From positions 1 to 62,272 of the forward strand of contig JBILLF010000006.1 of the NCBI GenBank assembly GCA_044376225.1: a stretch of 62,272 nt of DNA, given 5' to 3'. The stretch's first letter is position 1. Every line of letters starts with the position of its first letter. The notes below the pieces were generated by a model. The model did no database searches. It was not told where the DNA came from and saw only the letters and a program-made list of their open reading frames with translations. A program made the position numbers and the translations under genes. This stretch comes from Patescibacteria group bacterium. Its GTDB lineage: Bacteria; Bacteroidota; Ignavibacteria; Kapaibacteriales; Kapaibacteriaceae. This document shows, one piece after another, positions 50,442 to 59,281 of the stretch.

Positions 50442-50756
50442 TTACTCTTCGGTGGCCGGAGCCGGCGTCTCTGTGGAACGCGTGTGAATCTGACCATCAA
50501 CCATTTCCTTCATGGCCATGAAGGTTGGCTTTGGAAGCAGATCAAACTCCTTGCTGATCGCGATCTGGTCGGCGTTTGGTCCTTCTGACTCGTCAGCATC
50601 AGTGATCACATCGGCCATACGCTCGGTGATCTGCGTCTTGATCTGATCGTTGATCTGACGTGAGCGCAGACCCATGGCGATGATCGAGCGATAGATCGAA
50701 CCCTTGGCGGACTCGTCCATACGGACCTTGACGGGATTTACAATGTAGGTGCTCAT
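50442..50756 (-). CDS. rpoZ: RNA polymerase omega subunit (Bacteroidota type)
   Basis: GSIY..I..RSRQIN..EGPNADQIAISKEFD..PKPT..A; adjacency to coaBC. Confidence 0.8.
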   Translation of the reverse strand: MSTYIVNPVKVRMDESAKGSIYRSIIAMGLRSRQINDQIKTQITERMADVITDADESEGPNADQIAISKEFDLLPKPTFMAMKEMVDGQIHTRSTETPAPATEE

Positions 50757-50795
50757 AATTCTGCCTTCCAGGAAGTCGTTCTTTTGAGGGGACCG

Positions 50796-50803
50796 CAAAG
50801 ATA
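50796..50803 (-). promoter_or_regulatory. -7 promoter element TATCTTTG for rpoZ-coaBC
   Basis: Consensus match, directly preceded by an 8-bp repeat run. Confidence 0.6.
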
Positions 50804-50805
50804 GG

Positions 50806-50845
50806 GAATTACTGAGTTACGGAATTACGGAATTACGGAATTACG
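50806..50845. repeat. Five GAATTAC(G/T) octamers
   Basis: Same unit as 25015-25340. Confidence 0.9.
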
Positions 50846-50858
50846 GAGGGACTGTATG

Positions 50859-51060
50859 CGTCATCCCCGCGAAAGCGGGGATCCATCTTCGTCGCCCGCG
50901 AATCGACATTCCCGCGAGGTCCTTCGTCGCCTTCGGCTCTTCAGGATGACGCACCGCGCTTTGTTTTTTGGGGAAGTTGTTCAAGGCGACGTGGCGGGCG
51001 TCATCCTGAGGCCCGAAGGGCCGAAGGACCTCACCGGGATGACGGAATTCTCGCCCCTAC
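50859..51060. repeat. Cluster of REP-like elements
   Basis: CGTCATCCCCGCGAAAGCGGGGATCCA (50859-50885); inverted pair CGTCATCCTGA..CGAAGGACCTC (50916-50951 minus, 50999-51032 plus); GTAGGGGCGA remnant at 51051-51060 minus. Confidence 0.8.
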
Positions 51061-51416
51061 CTCATCCCAAACACCCGAAACCGATTTCTCGACACCCATC
51101 GGTAGGCGGCGCGGCGCAAGGGTGGGGGAATGAGGCGGATGAAAAGTGCGAACAGGTTGTGGATACCGCCGAGGCGTGCAAAGAGGTAGATGATTGCGCT
51201 GTCCTCGATGAGAAGCTCGCCGCTGTGGGTGATCACGTAGACCGTGTCGGGTGGACCCGTGATGCCATGGCGCGCAAGCAGTGCGGCACCTTCGTCTGAC
51301 TGGAAGGAGAGGTAGTGGAACTGTCGCTTGGTGTCGAAGCGATGCAGGTATCTCACAACGACATCGCAAAGGTTGCAGACGCCGTCGAAGATGACTGAGA
51401 TCGGGGTGGTGTGCAC
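51057..51416 (-). CDS. DCC1-like thiol-disulfide oxidoreductase (DUF393)
   Basis: FDGVCNLC, QSDEG, YRWVSRNRFRVFG. Confidence 0.88.
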   Translation of the reverse strand: MHTTPISVIFDGVCNLCDVVVRYLHRFDTKRQFHYLSFQSDEGAALLARHGITGPPDTVYVITHSGELLIEDSAIIYLFARLGGIHNLFALFIRLIPPPLRRAAYRWVSRNRFRVFGMR

Positions 51417-51419
51417 GGC

Positions 51420-52487
51420 CTAGGCCTGACGCGTCAGATGGGCAACGTAGAATCCATCCCCGCCATCGTCGCCGGGTAGTGTTTGCCACTGACGATCAAG
51501 TCGGAAGGGGGCTCCTGCTTCACTGGCAAGGAAGGTGGCCATTTGTTGAGCCCCTTCTTCGGGAAGAATGCTACAGACGGCGTACACCACACGTCCGCCA
51601 ACTTTGGCAACGTTAGCTGCGCGGCGCAGCAGCAGCTGCTGGATGGAGAGCAGCTCGGCAAAGCCATCTTCAGTGCGGTGGTAGAGAATGTCGGGGTTGC
51701 GGCGGACCACGCCCGTTCCTGTGCAGGGGGCATCAATGAAGACGCCATCGGACGTATCGAAAAGCCGTTTGATGATCTTGGTGGTCGTAGCTAGGCGCGC
51801 TTCGATGATGTCTGCACCGGCGCGGGTAGAGCGCTGACGCAGGGCCTGGAGCTTCGCCGCAACCACATCGACGGCGATGATACGCCCCCTGTTCATCATT
51901 GAAGCCGCAAACAGCAGAGACTTGCCGCCGGAGCCTGCACAGGCATCAACGATGCGCTCGCCGCTTGCGGCATGCATCTCGAGTCCTGCCCGCACAGACG
52001 TAACGTCCTGCTGTTCAAACCAGCCCGCCGCAAAGGCCTCCGTTGTGAAGAGACCGAAGGGACGGTCGATGCGCAGCACGAGCTCGGACACCACCTGCGG
52101 TTTGTGTTGGAGCAGGGCCGCACGGCAGGCATCGGTGGTCGTGCGCAGAGTATTAACACGCACAAAGACCGGCGCGTCGGACAGCATGCGAGCGATAACC
52201 GCTGTGCTCTGGTCGGTGTAGGCGTTGTCGATCAGTGTGCGCAGCCACTGCGGTAATGCGGCACGGGAAGGATCTATAACGCCGTCGAGCTCTCCGCCAA
52301 GGGCAGATTCGACATCGTCATAGCGGATGGCCTGGAAGATCGTTCGGCGCAGTTCAGAGGCAAGTTCCTCCGAAGGCTGCACCTCACGGAAAAGACGCTC
52401 AATGCTGGACGAGAGGTGGCGGCCCTGAGCGAGCGTGTCATAGACACAGTCGCGCACGGCACCGTGGAGTTCGGCGGGTAATGGCAT
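51420..52487 (-). CDS. RsmB/NOL1/NOP2 RNA m5C methyltransferase
   Basis: VRVNTL, FEQQD, DACAGSGGKS, DAPCTGTG..RRNPD, YAVCS, DGFY. Confidence 0.9.
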   Translation of the reverse strand: MPLPAELHGAVRDCVYDTLAQGRHLSSSIERLFREVQPSEELASELRRTIFQAIRYDDVESALGGELDGVIDPSRAALPQWLRTLIDNAYTDQSTAVIARMLSDAPVFVRVNTLRTTTDACRAALLQHKPQVVSELVLRIDRPFGLFTTEAFAAGWFEQQDVTSVRAGLEMHAASGERIVDACAGSGGKSLLFAASMMNRGRIIAVDVVAAKLQALRQRSTRAGADIIEARLATTTKIIKRLFDTSDGVFIDAPCTGTGVVRRNPDILYHRTEDGFAELLSIQQLLLRRAANVAKVGGRVVYAVCSILPEEGAQQMATFLASEAGAPFRLDRQWQTLPGDDGGDGFYVAHLTRQA

Positions 52488-52491
52488 GATG

Positions 52492-52968
52492 TCAGGTAGT
52501 GATCGTCAGGATGCCCGTCTGCGTATCGAAGGTTGCCGTGTACCGCTGAAGATTAGTTGCGCTTCCGGAAGTCGGCTGGCGCAGAACTGTTCCGTCTTTG
52601 CGGGAAAACTCTGCGCGGTGGCATGCGCATATGCAGTTCGACTGGGCATCGGCGGGAAGATCGATCGCGCATCCCTGATGTGAGCAGACCGATGTGAACA
52701 CAGCAAACGTTGCCTGGTCAATGCGCGAGATGAAGACCGGCTCATCGCCGTTCAGTCCACTGACGGCTTGCAAAGTGATACCGCCCACGGCTGAGAGATC
52801 CGGGATCTTGGTGACGTCCACGGAATAGGTCTTGCCCGGCGGAGTAGTCGGATTTGTTTCATCCTGCTCGCAGCCGCTAACGATCTGGGCAATGGCTGTG
52901 GCCGAAAGTGCCAGACCTACCGAGGCCGTGGCGCGAAAAAGGAAATCCCGACGAGATTGTGCTGACAT
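52492..52968 (-). CDS. Tat-exported Rieske [2Fe-2S] lipoprotein
   Basis: SRRDFL twin-arginine, VSGC lipobox, CSHQGC and CACH ligand boxes; start set at ATG 52968. Confidence 0.88.
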   Translation of the reverse strand: MSAQSRRDFLFRATASVGLALSATAIAQIVSGCEQDETNPTTPPGKTYSVDVTKIPDLSAVGGITLQAVSGLNGDEPVFISRIDQATFAVFTSVCSHQGCAIDLPADAQSNCICACHRAEFSRKDGTVLRQPTSGSATNLQRYTATFDTQTGILTITT

Positions 52969-52991
52969 GGCAAGGGGCTCCACAGATTGTT

Positions 52992-53288
52992 TCACGACGA
53001 CTTCCGCTGGCGAACCACACCGAAGGTGATGAGAGTTCCGCACATACCCAGCACGAAGGCATAGCATCGTGGAAGATCGCTCACGGTGGCGTTCAGCGGT
53101 AGCAATCCGAATTTGAAGGCGGGGACGAATTCCGTCGTACGTGTGACCGTGCCGAAGAGTTCATCCTTGACCTCTTTCACGACCGCCTCGCGGTCTTTCG
53201 AGAAGATCTGACGTCCGTCCTGGAGCCAAAGATAGCCCCCTGCCAGAATGCCGATGATGCCGAGGATGATCAGAAGCCGGTTTACCAT
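52992..53288 (-). CDS. Small two-TM hypothetical protein
   Basis: Hydrophobic N- and C-terminal segments; tightly packed in the operon. Confidence 0.7.
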   Translation of the reverse strand: MVNRLLIILGIIGILAGGYLWLQDGRQIFSKDREAVVKEVKDELFGTVTRTTEFVPAFKFGLLPLNATVSDLPRCYAFVLGMCGTLITFGVVRQRKSS

Positions 53289-53309
53289 GACGTGTCCGTG
53301 CAGTGGTGG

Positions 53310-54494
53310 TCAGTAGAAGATGTGCAGCTGGAAGTTCCACCGTGACGAGTATCCTTCCTTCCACGTGTCAAGAATGCGATACTCGGGCCGGAGCTCAACA
53401 TACGGCAGCAGGAATATCTGTGCACCGATGATGGCTGCGTCGGTAAGAACCGTCCCGGCGGCATTTACCTGATCCGTCCAATACCGTTCGGCACGAATGT
53501 ACGGGAAGACCCATGTGGCCGCCTGATACATCAGTTCAGCCGTCCAGTTCTCGGTCTCGATGATGTTGTTGAGCTTCATGGACGTGCGGTCCAGAAGCAG
53601 CGACAGGTGGTCGCTCAATCCCACGCCGGCAAAGGCGCTTGTGAGGGTCAATGCATTGTTGCTCAGCACCGAGCCGCCCAGCCACATGTTGAGTTTATCG
53701 TTAATGGCTCTCGGCCAGACCACGGCCCGTGCAGTAATGGTGGGCTGATTGCCGGTTATAGCTGAAACACTCTGCGTCCCGCCGTCATTGATGCGCACCT
53801 GGGAAAGACCCTCGGAGCCGAACAAACCGGTCTGTAGAGTCAGCCAGCGAAGGCCTTCGTAGGTGATCTCCGCTCCGTACTCCGACCAGTCCGGAGCCAC
53901 TAGTGTTTGACGTGAGGTAGACGTGGCATAGCCGTAGGAGCCCATGGTATGGTCGTCGTAGCGCATTCCGATGGATGGGCGAAACAGCCCCACACGAAGC
54001 ACGGGTAAACTCAGTGAGGGGGCGATGATAGCCGAAAGCGAGCCCATCCGCTGACCCGGGTACACGATGCGGGGTCCGCCGCTAGCCCCCTGCCTGAGGG
54101 CCGCAAGGTTGAACGTACCCTCCAGCGTGACGGCCTTGATCGGCGTCAGTGCGGCGTAGAGCGAGGCCTGCATCGGGAACGTTGAGCGTGTGGCCTGTGG
54201 ACTCGTGAATGAGCGCGTACTCTGCACGCGGGCGTCCATGCCCAACGTCAGCATGCCGTCAAAGAACGTGTTCTCTTTGTCGATGGCATACATCGGAGCA
54301 AGGAACGACGAATCGCGGCTGATGAGTCCGACGTCGTACCAGCTGTACCATCCCAGATCGTTGCGGACTCCACCGCCCGACGGTGCCACATGGCAGTTGG
54401 AGCAGCGGTTGCCAGAGATGGCCGAAAACTGAGGGATCGCCATGGCCGTAACCGAGGCGATCCCTGCAAGGAGTATCGTAATGAGCGCCATCAT
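53310..54494 (-). CDS. Cyc2-like monoheme cytochrome c fused to a beta-barrel porin
   Basis: Signal peptide, then AIPQFSAISGNRCSNCH; amphipathic beta-strand body; C-terminal NFQLHIFY beta-signal. Confidence 0.65.
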   Translation of the reverse strand: MMALITILLAGIASVTAMAIPQFSAISGNRCSNCHVAPSGGGVRNDLGWYSWYDVGLISRDSSFLAPMYAIDKENTFFDGMLTLGMDARVQSTRSFTSPQATRSTFPMQASLYAALTPIKAVTLEGTFNLAALRQGASGGPRIVYPGQRMGSLSAIIAPSLSLPVLRVGLFRPSIGMRYDDHTMGSYGYATSTSRQTLVAPDWSEYGAEITYEGLRWLTLQTGLFGSEGLSQVRINDGGTQSVSAITGNQPTITARAVVWPRAINDKLNMWLGGSVLSNNALTLTSAFAGVGLSDHLSLLLDRTSMKLNNIIETENWTAELMYQAATWVFPYIRAERYWTDQVNAAGTVLTDAAIIGAQIFLLPYVELRPEYRILDTWKEGYSSRWNFQLHIFY

Positions 54495-54507
54495 GCGCCA
54501 ATGAACC

Positions 54508-55524
54508 TTACTTCAGCTTAAAGGTTGCAAGACACTTTTCGAAGATCGGCAGATAGACTGCCTGTTCGGGCTTGAACCAGTTCATCGTCACGCGCACCAT
54601 ACGGTCACCCTTGACCATGAAGTACGCCCGCGACTGGATGTTGGCAGCCGGATTGTACGTGAAGTACATTGCCTTGACGCCCGAAAGTGACGTTGCCGTG
54701 GCATTTCCGCCGCCGTAACGGCTCTTATTCTGCTCAATGATCTTGTCGAGGTTCTTCTGCTCCTTGGCATCGAACACGTCGATCTGGATCGTACAGTCAA
54801 GACGCGAGCCCGCAAAGCTCATCGAGGATAGACCCGAGGATTGGCCCTTGGTGCCCTGGAAGTTTTGCGGGATTTGGATCGTGAAGTCCGGCGCATTGTA
54901 GTTGCGGAGGGTATCGGAAGGGGGCTCCGGAGCTGCCGGACCCTGCGGAGTCACTGGTGCAGCCACTGGACGCACCGGAAGCTTCACCGATGCGAGGATC
55001 TCCTGGAAATCCTTCTCGTAATCGGAGAAGGTATTGCCAAAGGCAGCAAACGTAACGATCGTTACCAGTGAGTCGTTTTCGGCAAAGTACGCCTCAGAGC
55101 GAAACTCGCCGTCTTCTTGATCGAACTTCACGCTGAGCTTTTGTCCTGGCTTGCCCCCAAGCGTTGTCTGTGTTCGCTCGTAGCGGTCGAGGTTGTCCTC
55201 GAACTCGAGCTTTGAGCGCTTGACGAGCGAGTCGATGGTAGTCGTCGAGTCCATCGGGATGACGCGCATCTCTACCTTAGCTCCGCCTTTGCCTTTGCCG
55301 AACGACAGAAAGCGCGAACTGTGGGCCTTTGTGGACACGGCAAGGATAAGGTCACCACGGCGCTGCTGGATGAACCAGTTCTTCGGGACCTTCATTTCGA
55401 ACTTGCGGGCCTCGTCCTTGCGAAGCTCAAGACCTTCCACTGGCACCGGCGTGGCTTTGCGTGAACATCCGGCAAGAGTCATGACCAAGGCCACGGTGAT
55501 TGCGAAAGTGCGAGGTGTGAACAT
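54508..55524 (-). CDS. Lipoprotein with two PsbP/Mog1-like domains
   Basis: LAGC lipobox; FEMKVPKNW / FTIQIPQNF and TLGG.P / SLSGVKA..F..IL.S/TFK duplicated pattern, Pro-rich linker. Confidence 0.6.
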   Translation of the reverse strand: MFTPRTFAITVALVMTLAGCSRKATPVPVEGLELRKDEARKFEMKVPKNWFIQQRRGDLILAVSTKAHSSRFLSFGKGKGGAKVEMRVIPMDSTTTIDSLVKRSKLEFEDNLDRYERTQTTLGGKPGQKLSVKFDQEDGEFRSEAYFAENDSLVTIVTFAAFGNTFSDYEKDFQEILASVKLPVRPVAAPVTPQGPAAPEPPSDTLRNYNAPDFTIQIPQNFQGTKGQSSGLSSMSFAGSRLDCTIQIDVFDAKEQKNLDKIIEQNKSRYGGGNATATSLSGVKAMYFTYNPAANIQSRAYFMVKGDRMVRVTMNWFKPEQAVYLPIFEKCLATFKLK

Positions 55525-55557
55525 GATACGCGTCTCCATGATTAAGAATCTTTGTGC

Positions 55558-55584
55558 TGGATCCCCGCCTTCGCGGGGATGACG
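55558..55584 (-). repeat. REP-like element CGTCATCCCCGCGAAGGCGGGGATCCA
   Basis: Near-identical to the 50859 and 5346 copies. Confidence 0.82.
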
Positions 55585-55588
55585 TTGA

Positions 55589-55993
55589 TCAGTTGTTGAG
55601 TGCCCCTTCCAGGACCCACTGTGCCATGCCACGTTTGTGGTTGGCATTGATGCGATCCTGGATCAGACCCCACGGGTGGGCGAACACGCCGTTGAGGACC
55701 TGAATCACAAGGCTTTCATCGGGCTTTCCGGGAACGATCAAGTTGGCGCGGTCAAACATCAACGTCGAATATGACGTCAGGCGGATGCGTCCGGCCGGGT
55801 TAACATCTGCATGGCAGCCACCCACGCCACAACTCACGGCTAGGAAAGGCTGGACGTGGGCACGGAAGGATACGTTCGTGTCAGGGAACACAACGTCTGC
55901 AGGCTGCGTCACCATGTTGTCTCCGCAGCCTGTTGCCATTAGTGTACAGGCCGCCGCAACTAGGGCGATCACAAGCATCGGCAGGGGGCCCAT
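55589..55993 (-). CDS. Cytochrome c-like lipoprotein (Planctomycete cytochrome C type, CX4CH)
   Basis: ATGC lipobox; SFRAHVQPFL..SCGVGGCH..G..L..Y..IVPGKPDES..WV.EGA.NN; ATG overlaps the panB stop. Confidence 0.7.
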   Translation of the reverse strand: MGPLPMLVIALVAAACTLMATGCGDNMVTQPADVVFPDTNVSFRAHVQPFLAVSCGVGGCHADVNPAGRIRLTSYSTLMFDRANLIVPGKPDESLVIQVLNGVFAHPWGLIQDRINANHKRGMAQWVLEGALNN

Positions 55994-56811
55994 CAGTAGC
56001 TCTCCTCCGAGGTTGGGAATGCTCGCCCCTTTACGTCGGTAACATATGAACGGACCGCGTCGGTGATCACCGTGTGGAGTTCGGCATAGCGGCGCACGAA
56101 GCGTGGACGGAACTCTGTGGACATTCCCACCATGTCCGTCCAGACCAGGATCTGTCCGTCGCAATCGGGGCCGGCGCCGATCCCAATCGTCGGAACATCA
56201 ACAAGTGCTGTCACTTCGGCGGCCAGCGCCGAGGGGACCTTCTCGAGTACGATGGCAAAAGCGCCCGCCTGCTGCAGCGCCACGGCATCGCGCTTGATGG
56301 CATCGGCTTCGGCCGGGTCGAGGCCTCGCTCCTTGTATGAACCGAACTGATGGATGCTCTGCGGCGTTAGGCCAAGGTGTGCCATCACGGGAATACCATT
56401 CTCCGTCATTAGGCGCACAGCATCCATGATCCGCTGGCCCCCTTCAAGTTTTACAGCTCCGCTGCCGGCTTCTTTCATCAGACGTCCGGCGTTACGGAAG
56501 GCCTCCTGCGGGGTGACCTGATACGTCATGAACGGCATGTCTGTTACCACCAGGGCATGTTCGACAGCGCGAACCACGGCCTGCGTGTGGTAGATCATGT
56601 GTTCGAGCGTCACCGGAATGGTGGTGTCGTGACCCTGCACAACGTTACCCACTGAGTCGCCAACGAGCAGTACATCCACACCGGCACCGTCAAGGATGCC
56701 GGCCGAGATCGCATCGTACGCCGTCAGGCACGCAATAGGCGTGCCGGCGGCCTTCATGTCGATCAGGCGCCGCGTGGTAACGCGTTTACGGGTGGTGGGT
56801 GTTACGGACAT
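55993..56811 (-). CDS. panB: 3-methyl-2-oxobutanoate hydroxymethyltransferase
   Basis: LTAYDA, LLVGDS, DMPF, VKLEGG, HLGLTPQ, IGIGAG..CDGQILV. Confidence 0.97.
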   Translation of the reverse strand: MSVTPTTRKRVTTRRLIDMKAAGTPIACLTAYDAISAGILDGAGVDVLLVGDSVGNVVQGHDTTIPVTLEHMIYHTQAVVRAVEHALVVTDMPFMTYQVTPQEAFRNAGRLMKEAGSGAVKLEGGQRIMDAVRLMTENGIPVMAHLGLTPQSIHQFGSYKERGLDPAEADAIKRDAVALQQAGAFAIVLEKVPSALAAEVTALVDVPTIGIGAGPDCDGQILVWTDMVGMSTEFRPRFVRRYAELHTVITDAVRSYVTDVKGRAFPTSEESY

Positions 56812-56834
56812 GTGAAGGGGCTTTTTCCGACTGG

Positions 56835-56842
56835 CAAAGATA
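56835..56842 (-). promoter_or_regulatory. -7 promoter element TATCTTTG for the panB operon
   Basis: Consensus match 23 nt upstream of panB ATG. Confidence 0.6.
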
Positions 56843-56877
56843 GCCGTCTTGGCCCTTCATGGCGTTATCTTATCGTC

Positions 56878-57660
56878 ATGCTTTCGCCCGTGGTTTCGCT
56901 TACGGACCTTGCTTTTGAGCTTCCTGAGGGGAAGTCGGTGACGTTTCTATCGGACGTTCACTTGGGATATGGAGACCGGGCAACCGACCGCCAGCGGGAA
57001 GATCTGCTGCTAAGAGTTCTGCGGGAGGCTGCCGACCAGTCGTCGCATTTGTTTATCGTGGGCGATCTCTTTGACTATTGGTTCGACTACCAGACCGTTG
57101 TTCCGTCGCGGTACGTACGCACCCTCGCTGCCCTGCACGATATCTTCCAATCCGGCGTCCAGATCATCTATCTCATGGGCAACCACGATTTCGGCCACTA
57201 CCGGTACTTCGAGGAAGAACTCAAGATCCCGGTGATCCTCGGTGATGTATCGGCAACCATCGGTTCAAAGCGATTCTACATAGCCCACGGCGATGGCAAG
57301 GCCCACAACGACAACGGCTACCTGGTCCTGCGCTCAGTGCTTCGAAATCGTTTTGCCCAGTGGCTCTATCGTAAGCTGCACCCCGACGTGGGAATTCGCC
57401 TTGCATCCAGCACCTCACATGGAAGCAGAGACCTCACCGGCGGACGTGACTATGGAACCCGCGATGGTCTGCGCGACTTTGCTGAAGCCCGCCTGAACGA
57501 GGGCTACGACGTCGTCATCATGGGTCACCGCCATGTTGCCGAACACACCCCGATCGGCAACGGCCTGTACGTTAACCTCGGACATTGGTTGGGTAAGGGG
57601 GCTACGTTTGGAACGTATTCCGAGCCTGGTGGCATTGTCCTGCGTAGCGTGTGTGAGTGA
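56878..57660 (+). CDS. lpxH: UDP-2,3-diacylglucosamine diphosphatase (LpxH-like metallophosphoesterase)
   Basis: SDVHLG, GDLFDYW, GNHD, HGD, GHRH, NLG.W. Confidence 0.82.
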   Translation: MLSPVVSLTDLAFELPEGKSVTFLSDVHLGYGDRATDRQREDLLLRVLREAADQSSHLFIVGDLFDYWFDYQTVVPSRYVRTLAALHDIFQSGVQIIYLMGNHDFGHYRYFEEELKIPVILGDVSATIGSKRFYIAHGDGKAHNDNGYLVLRSVLRNRFAQWLYRKLHPDVGIRLASSTSHGSRDLTGGRDYGTRDGLRDFAEARLNEGYDVVIMGHRHVAEHTPIGNGLYVNLGHWLGKGATFGTYSEPGGIVLRSVCE

Positions 57661-58674
57661 CTACTTCAACACATTGATCTCTTCTTGGAGCCTGTGAAGT
57701 CGTTCCACAATTTCCTCGAATGTTGGAGGAGTGACTGTGAACATTCCTGCATTGACCATGGCTTCATAATCTCGTGACAAGAGACTAAGAGCATTGCCTT
57801 TTGGCACGAGAACGATGTCTCCAACGACGCACGATGAATACGTAAACCCACTTTCGGGATAAAAGGCATCTTTATGTTCCGCGACTTCCCGGAAAAGTGT
57901 GAGGTCAGTTACAGACGATGCACCAAATCTCGAATCAGCAATCTGCACAAGGTCGTACCAATGGCGCGAAAGACGCTCGCGGCGTTGAAGGTTAGTTTCC
58001 CTGTGGCAGGCGGCATGAATCAATGTTGCCTTTTCCCAAAATGTACGTGCTGGTGAAAGCACATGCACATCTGCTTCGGGCAAGCTGAGACCATTCAGGC
58101 TATATGCTATGTCCGAGGTAACGCGATGGGTCTCGATCGGTTCAGCCGGGTTTCGAGAGCCTAGCTCCAATAGCACTTGATCCGGTATGTATGAGCCCTT
58201 TGCCGAAACAACACTCTCGTAGCGAAGATATACTCGATCACTTCCTGCCGCATCAATCGTGGCGGTGTGATGCGGTAGCTCGTGTTTAATCTGTTGTTGA
58301 AAAGCCGGGATAATCTGTTCTGTGACGAACGTCGAAAGATGATCACGAAGTTGTTGGTTCTGCTTAGCGATTTGGCTTCGCGATCGTGAGTGCTGAAGAT
58401 CTGCCCCGAGCACACCGAAATCCCGATAGTCGACCGTCACGTCAATATCTTCAGAGAACCGATGGATCAGGCCGTACACCTTCGACAAAGAGGTGCCGCC
58501 CTTGAATGCAAGACGATGAGAGATCGGAAGGGAAAAGAGCTTGCTTAACACCCAGCAAACCCACACATCCTTCTCAAGAACCGCGGCAGGCCGACCGAGT
58601 TCGACGGCCAGTGTCTGAAGGATATCGGCTCGCTCATCAGGATCAAGTGACAGGAAGTTTGGTTCAGGCCCCAT
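57661..58674 (-). CDS. AbiEii/AbiGii nucleotidyltransferase toxin (type IV TA)
   Basis: LEKDVWV, FKGGTSLSK, RFSEDID, RTFWEK, RHWYD. Confidence 0.92.
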   Translation of the reverse strand: MGPEPNFLSLDPDERADILQTLAVELGRPAAVLEKDVWVCWVLSKLFSLPISHRLAFKGGTSLSKVYGLIHRFSEDIDVTVDYRDFGVLGADLQHSRSRSQIAKQNQQLRDHLSTFVTEQIIPAFQQQIKHELPHHTATIDAAGSDRVYLRYESVVSAKGSYIPDQVLLELGSRNPAEPIETHRVTSDIAYSLNGLSLPEADVHVLSPARTFWEKATLIHAACHRETNLQRRERLSRHWYDLVQIADSRFGASSVTDLTLFREVAEHKDAFYPESGFTYSSCVVGDIVLVPKGNALSLLSRDYEAMVNAGMFTVTPPTFEEIVERLHRLQEEINVLK

Positions 58675-59281
58675 ACTGTTGCTCGTGTTCGATGAGGATT
58701 CTGCTCATCCACGCTGGCAACTGTCGTGATACGCTACGCAAAGCCGCGAACTCATTTGTGCCAATGCGATGCCGGAGATCTTCAACCGTTGCTGTCGATA
58801 CTTCGTTGAGCCCAAGGTACCACATAGCCGTAAGAGCCAGGCCAGCGGGTCTGTCCGCCAAAAGAAGTCTGCGCGGACTTACGTTACGAAGAATCAGCAT
58901 GGTCTTGCCCATTCGAATCTTGCGAGCTGTTCCAGTCGTGTAGTAGATGTGCTTCGTGGGAACCTGCGTCGTCAGTCCCATGCGACGAGCTGCTTCGGCC
59001 CCACTTACCTGGAATGTCATTCCAGATTCGGCAAGGATGCTTCGAACAACATCTTCAGGATTCGCGGCGACTGGACCGACGAAACGATTAGACTTTGGTT
59101 TCATGTACACTCCGCGAGAGACCCTCACGATCGTCCCATCATCAACGAAGCGCCCAAGTACCTTATCAACCGCCGCTCGAGTCCCGCAGTCGAAAAATCG
59201 AGAGCAATGCACCGGCTGACCCGGCTCGAGTTGGCCAATGCGCTCACGGATTGCCATTGTGGCATTCAACGGGGTAAGCAT
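58664..59281 (-). CDS. DUF6088 / AbiEi-type antitoxin
   Basis: AVDKVLGR..G.I.RV.RGVY wHTH, GAEAA..MGLTTQVP..Y.T.G; start 59281 or 59257. Confidence 0.85.
   Translation of the reverse strand: MLTPLNATMAIRERIGQLEPGQPVHCSRFFDCGTRAAVDKVLGRFVDDGTIVRVSRGVYMKPKSNRFVGPVAANPEDVVRSILAESGMTFQVSGAEAARRMGLTTQVPTKHIYYTTGTARKIRMGKTMLILRNVSPRRLLLADRPAGLALTAMWYLGLNEVSTATVEDLRHRIGTNEFAALRSVSRQLPAWMSRILIEHEQQYGA

Noticed and set aside
50856-51299. 147-aa plus-strand ORF
   Set aside because: It is a translation of the REP cluster and antisense to the DCC1-like gene.
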